From NCBI RefSeq assembly GCF_964213995.1, contig NW_027590119.1:2790001-2854000 (forward strand): DNA of 64,000 bases, in the 5' to 3' direction. Positions 58,083 to 64,000 of the stretch are shown in pieces; within the stretch, counting starts at the first letter, position 1, and each line of letters starts with the position of its first letter. The translations under genes were made by a program, and so were the position numbers. This DNA comes from Mustelus asterias (Eukaryota). The notes below the pieces were generated by a model, which made no database searches, was not told where the DNA came from, and was given only the letters and a program-made list of their open reading frames with translations.

Positions 58083-61051
58083 GACATCAGTGAAGTTACA
58101 CTGGGGAGAAACTGTCCACCTGCTCAGTGTATAAAAAGTGTTCGGAATTTCATCACAGCTGCTGAGGCACCAACAAGTTCACAGGGGTTGGATTCTGCTG
58201 TTATTGTTTCTGCTCTCAATTACATCCAGGACTGCATTTTGTTCATTCTCACAGTTGGTCAATGGGGAGGGTCGGAGGGTTTCTTTCTGCTGGACTGGCC
58301 GGTCTCACAACTTTGCCTCCAGTGGGCTGATGTTCTTTGAGTCTTGTTGCGAATACCTTGTTTTAAATTTCACAAGGATCACAGAGTGACCGGGTGTGAG
58401 GAAGTTCAGAGATATTTAGTCAGCATTTCTGTTTGAAACTCCCCCAGATGCCCATCCAATTTCCTTTGTAATTGTTTATTGTCTCCATTTCCTCCATCCT
58501 CGGAGGCAGTGAGTTCCAGGTCATTACCATTCGCTGCATCAAAATATTCTTCCTCACATCCCTCCCTACATCTCTGACCTGAAACTTTAAATCTGTGTCC
58601 CCCCTCGTCCATGTCCCATCAGCTAATGGGAACAGCTTTTCTTCGTCCACCTTATTTAAACCTGTCAGAATCTTGTCCACCTCTATCAAATCTCCCCTCA
58701 ACCTCCTTTGCTCCAAGGGGAACAACCCCAGCCTGACATTGACAATAAAGAACAAACGAACAGAATATGTTACTGTCTCAAATCAAATGGGAATGTTTAA
58801 TTTCTGTTTTAAAGATATTGTGAATATATTGTCCTGGACAATAAAGGAATTGGAATAACTCACCTTGGGAGTGGTTGAATGGAATATGTCAATCTGGTAT
58901 CCATCTGCAGTCCAGTGAAAGTCTGGAATGTGTAGCTGGAAATCCCTCCCTAGCAGTACTGTGGGTGTACTTACACCTCAGGCATTGTAACAGTTCAGGA
59001 AGGCAGTGTTGGGGTTGACCATGGCCGAGGCAGCTACAGACAGCCACATATTCTGTTATAATTGAAGGACTGCAGATTGAATGTGAGGCATTATGGGACT
59101 GGACTATCTTGACCACATTCCTGTGACTGCTCAGTTTCTGCAATCACGGACCATTAAAGCTGCTTAGCAGGGCCCAGACAGAGAACCTGGTGAGAATATT
59201 TCTCAGAATGAGTTAGAATTAAACTTATTCCAGGACCGGCTGGTGTTCAGCGGCTGATATACTTGAATCTGTGAAGAGGAGGTCTGACCAATCAACAAAC
59301 AGTAGCAGATAGTTGGTTCAGAAGTTAAAAAGCGTTCTCAGGCATTGTTTAAATTATTTTATCCCAAATTTGTGATAAGAACTGTGAGGGACTTGTGACC
59401 CGTTAGTCGGTGCGGTAACGGTATACTCCAAATAGCACTGGACTGAAAAGCAGACCTCAGAGTAGATTCTAATGGTTATAAACTGACCCAAGCAAGGCCA
59501 GTGAAAAATCAGAGCTTGAGTGAGGACTGGACAGGTCTCTTACCTGCTGTTTGGAAACTAAGAACAAGAAACTTATCGATAAAATTATTAGAGAATAGAG
59601 CCAACATTTCGAGTCTGGGAGACACTTCATAACCGCTCTTATAAAGGGTCATCCATACTTGAAACATTGGCTCCACTCTGTCTCCACAGATACTGTCAGA
59701 CCTGCTGACATTTTCCAGCATTTTCTGTTGTTGTTTCAGATTCCAGCATCCGCAGTATTTAACTTTTATGATAAAATGATTAGTTCTGATTGGAATCCCC
59801 ACGACCCTCCCGCAAAACAGAGGGAGTGGTGGCAAAAGGGGAAAAAGGATAAGGATGATAAAGTCTGGGTTCTGATTCTCCGAGTTCATGGAGAATCAAC
59901 AAAATGAGTGAAGCAGTTTATAAAGAACAGAAGTTACCAATCCCTAACAAAAACTGATCAAATAAAAATAATTAGGTGGTGGAATATAACAAAAAAATTA
60001 AGAGATGAAGTTTACAATCGAGTTTGTTTTGATTTTTATACTTGTGTAAAGTGGTATTATTGTGGGCCAATTTTTTTCTGCTCACTCCCCACCCCTTTAG
60101 GTTCTGTAGAAAAGTTAACCCTTTCAGCAGACAGTTCATTTGTTTTCAAATCATCTGAAAACTCATGTCTATTTTAGTTTATAATTGAAGATTTATGGGA
60201 ATTGGCTAAGATGGGATTTCGGCATTTTTAAAGTATAAAGAAGTGGTCTTGAGAAGGCAACTTGGTAGAGAGAGGTGGAGGGAGATATGTTTACAGAGAG
60301 GTGTTGAGAGCTGTTGGTTTTACAAGTTATCCATGTTTTTGGAGCCGTCACTTCATGTCCTGGTCTGAGAGGGATGGAGAGAAGTCTGTTCAATTGTTAA
60401 AGTGAACCCTTCTCTATTAACTGTTAATCGATACTTTGCCTTTTATCGTTCTGACTTGTTACATTTTTAATGATTAATAAACTTTCTGAATTCACCATTT
60501 AAAGTATTCTTTCTTGCCACATGGTTAAGACACTGGAACCTGGTGTGATTTACGATGAGGGAGGTTATTGTAAACAAGAGAACACCCATAAATCTTAGTT
60601 CAAATAAATCAAAGTTCTGACAAATGGAATGTTATCCTTTATTATGAGAGAAATTGAACAGAGAAGTAAAGATGTTCTGCTTCAGTTATACAGGGTGTTG
60701 CTGAGACTGCATCTTGAACACTCGGTGCAGCTTTGTCTCCTATTTAAGAAATGATACAAATGCATTGAAAGTGGTTCAGAGGAGGTTAAATAGATTGCTT
60801 CCCAATTCTTGACCCTCACAGTATAAATTTTGTCCGATTTTCCTTGTCTTCACCTCTGACAAAAAGTAATCCTGACTCAAAATGCTGTCTCTATTCTCTC
60901 TTTACAGATGATGTCAGACTTGCTGAGATTGTCCAGGATTTTCTGTTTTTGTTTCAGATTCCAACAACAGCAGAATTTTGCCTTCATACCAACTATTGTT
61001 GGATAAGGGCATCAAAAATATCGGGTGTGGAACGAGAATGTGGAACGCAAC

Positions 61052-61648
61052 TGTTATGGTGAAATTAAAATAATGGACACAAAATGGTTACCTGGCACAC
61101 AAAATGGACTCTGGGAAGGGACATTAAAAGGCACTGGCTTTGGGCACAGACAGTTACACAAAGAGTTAAAACCTGCAGTATCTGAATTGCTGCAGGAAGC
61201 TGGTCAGACCTGGGGCACTTTAAGACTTGAGATAAGAGCAGACCCAGAACAATGAGTTTGATGATAAGATCCGCCACTGATGGGGACATAAATACATAAA
61301 TGTATATATCGAAACCAGTCATTGATAGAGGACATAACTGCATAAATGTATCCATTCTATGTATAATGATGTGTTAACTGTCCATGTCCGTACCTGTCTG
61401 CTTGTAACAATGTGTTAATTGTCGATGTCCGTATCTGTCTACTCAACTTGTAACGATGTGTTAACGGCTAATGTCCGTACTATCTATTGTCTAAAAGATA
61501 TAAAGATGCTCAACTACCATTGTGTAGTTGAGAAGGTCGCTGCCAAGTACTGCGGAGTACCAGTGCTTTCTCCCAAAGCTTTGTCCGAAATAAAACTGTT
61601 TTGTTGAACCTCCAAGTCTGACTCCGAAGTGGTAAATTTCCCACAACA
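61052..61648 (+). mobile_element. Probable solo LTR
   Basis: TGTTA...CAACA ends, imperfect TSD caac/caag, TATAAA ~61499, AATAAA ~61589, interrupts a CR1-type tail. Confidence 0.6.
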
Positions 61649-63004
61649 CAAGACAAACAGATCAGCCATGATGTAAATAAATGCTGGAGCAGACTCAAAG
61701 GGCCAAATGGCCAACTTCTGCTCCGATGTCGAATGTTGGTCACAGATTTCTGAGAATTGTGAAACAAGGCTGGAAGATTCGCCTTGCTTGTGTTCGTGGG
61801 AAAATGTCCAGGAGAACCATCACTGTGAAGGACAGTTCTGGGATTAAAGGTTGCCAGACTGGAAAAGGAAAACAATGGAAATAAACTCTTGGGGAGTGAA
61901 AAATCACCTTGGACTCATTCTTGGAGAATTGAGTGTCAACATTCCAAGATGGAATAAAATATAACCATTGAGTGCGACATTTGATGGTGTTAAGAGTAAA
62001 AGGGCAAAGTTCAATTTTACAGTTTAAGGGTTATGTTCCCTACAAAAAAGTGTTTCGTCATTGTTGCTTCCAGTTTGTTGGAGTAGAAGTCATAAAACTT
62101 GAAGTTTTGTCATGTGATTCTTTGATTTACACATTGAGTTTAGAATTCATTTCTTTAAATTACTGATCATTACAGAGATCCTAATAATTCATTCAAAGCC
62201 CTGTGTTTTGACTTCCCATTTGAGCCTGGGGCACCTTTCTGTCTCTCTATTGCTCGTGTCAATGACAGCCAGGCGACGGAGCTGAGGGCTGAATTTAGCT
62301 GAGAATAATGAGGCCTGCGCCCCAGTTGGGAAACTGCAATGTATGTTGCAGTAATCGAGAGACAGGAAGGTGCTGGAGGACTGAGTGAGAAATGGGCCTC
62401 CAACCAATTGTTATATCGGTCACTCAGAGCTAAAGAGAAACTCGTCTCTTTAAATACATATACAGGGAAGAGGCTGCAATGAAATCTGCCCCTTTTAACA
62501 CGCACAAAAGCTGGAGGATGAGATTGGCAGGCTACAGGAGGACTCCATTCAGCCCATCATCCTCCTGCTATCTCTTTGAAAGAACTCTCTGATTCACCCA
62601 ACTGCACTGTTCTTTCCCCAAATTCTTCCCACTCAAGTCTTTACCCTTTGGAGGTAAACTATTGAATCTGCTTTCAGGCAGATCAGAACAACTCACTGTG
62701 TCAAAAAATAAAATCTCATCTCCCCCTCTGGCTCCTTTGCCAATTACCTTTGAGGGACTCACTTTCTGTTAAAGAGCCTGCCAACCCCTCTCACCCACTT
62801 TCCCTAAAGTGCATCAATCTCATCAGGAAAAGTCCAGAAAAATCAAATATTTTTACTGATAAAAGTTTATTAATGAAACAGAACATGGTTAAAACAAACA
62901 GAAAATGACTTGAGGATCAAAGACAACCAGAGTAAAAGGATGTTCACAATGTTCTGGACACAAATGGTTTCTCTTTAATTCATCTGTAGCCTGTTCCCTG
63001 CCCT

Positions 63005-63625
63005 CTTTGTGGAACACCTCCGCTCAATCCACAAGCATGACCCTGACCTTCCGCTTGCCATTAGAATTCACCACCTTGCTCTCACACTCACATTTCTGTC
63101 CTCGGCCTGCTGCAATGTTCCGGAGAAGCCCAACACAAGCTGGACAAACAGCCCCTCATCTTCCGATGAGGCACTTTACAGCCTTCTGGACTCAACATTT
63201 AGGTCAACAACTTCACACCCTGAACTCTCTCCTCCATTTTGATTTGTTGTTTTTTGCCGAGTGCCAGTCTACACCTTGTTTTCATGTATTTTTGCTTCCA
63301 GACAGAGCTGTCCTTTATTCTGCCATTAACACTTACTCTGGACCAATGCTTTGTTTCTTTACCACAACCATTACCTCTCCCTTTGCCTTGGGTTCCGGGA
63401 TATTTTTGTCATTTAATCTCACCCACCCCCTAACCAATTCCTGACTTTCCCTTTTGTCCTACCTGACCCTACCCCCTTTCTCACCAGCATCAAACCCATC
63501 ACATTTCTCCCTCTCTTTAGTTCTGAAGTAGAGTTACATTGGACGTGAAACATTAACTCTGTTTCTCTCTCCACAGATGCTGCCAGACCTGCTGTGTTTT
63601 TCCAGTTCTTTCTGTATTTATTTTT
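63005..63625 (+). mobile_element. Old Penelope-like element 3' end (second family)
   Basis: EHLRSI..HDPDLPLA, HISVLGLLQC, LIFR*GTLQPSGLN; decayed CTGAAG..GAAAC motif ~63523-63555. Confidence 0.7.
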
Positions 63626-63889
63626 GATCTACCTGTAGTGATAGGAAAAACACTATTTACTATCCCAGAAAAATAAATGTCCTTCATCAGCTTTTGTGGA
63701 TCAGTTCAGTGGAAATGTGCTCTCCCAGGCTCAAAGAGCATCAGCCCACTGGAAGCAAAGTTGTGCGACCGGCCAGTCCAGCAGAAAGAACCTCTCCGAC
63801 CCTCTCACTTCACCAACTGTCAGAATGAACATGGTTCAGTCCTGGATGTGATTAACAGCAGCAAGAACAGCAGAATCCAACTCCTGTCA

Positions 63890-64000
<111 letters not shown>

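Noticed and set aside
1727-58134. Long alternative-frame ORFs overlapping ZNF arrays (e.g. 1727, 1977, 28577, 43201, 57113, 57124)
   Set aside because: By-product of a stop-free 84-bp unit being repeated; no independent coding signal

Overview
Vertebrate genomic DNA, most likely a shark or other elasmobranch (inferred from HE1-type SINEs, CR1-clade LINEs and Penelope-like repeats). The window is a transposon-rich cluster of ten tandem C2H2 zinc-finger (ZNF) genes, called G1-G10 here, in strictly alternating orientation (+,-,+,-,...). Seven have intact finger ORFs, G9 is frameshifted near its 3' end, G8 is a pseudogene and G10 is cut by the window edge. Each head-to-head pair flanks a GC-rich promoter-like segment, and two of these segments are visibly imperfect palindromes. 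The finger ORFs show no recognisable KRAB/SCAN/BTB domain. They begin at an ATG that replaces the Gly of a TGEKP linker, behind a leader of decayed fingers. Spacers are mosaics of duplicated blocks containing CR1 LINEs (one with an open ORF2), SINEs, Rex1/L2 fragments, LTR remnants and Penelope-derived hairpins with hammerhead-ribozyme motifs. Exon, promoter and TE-family calls are by eye, and repeat boundaries are approximate.
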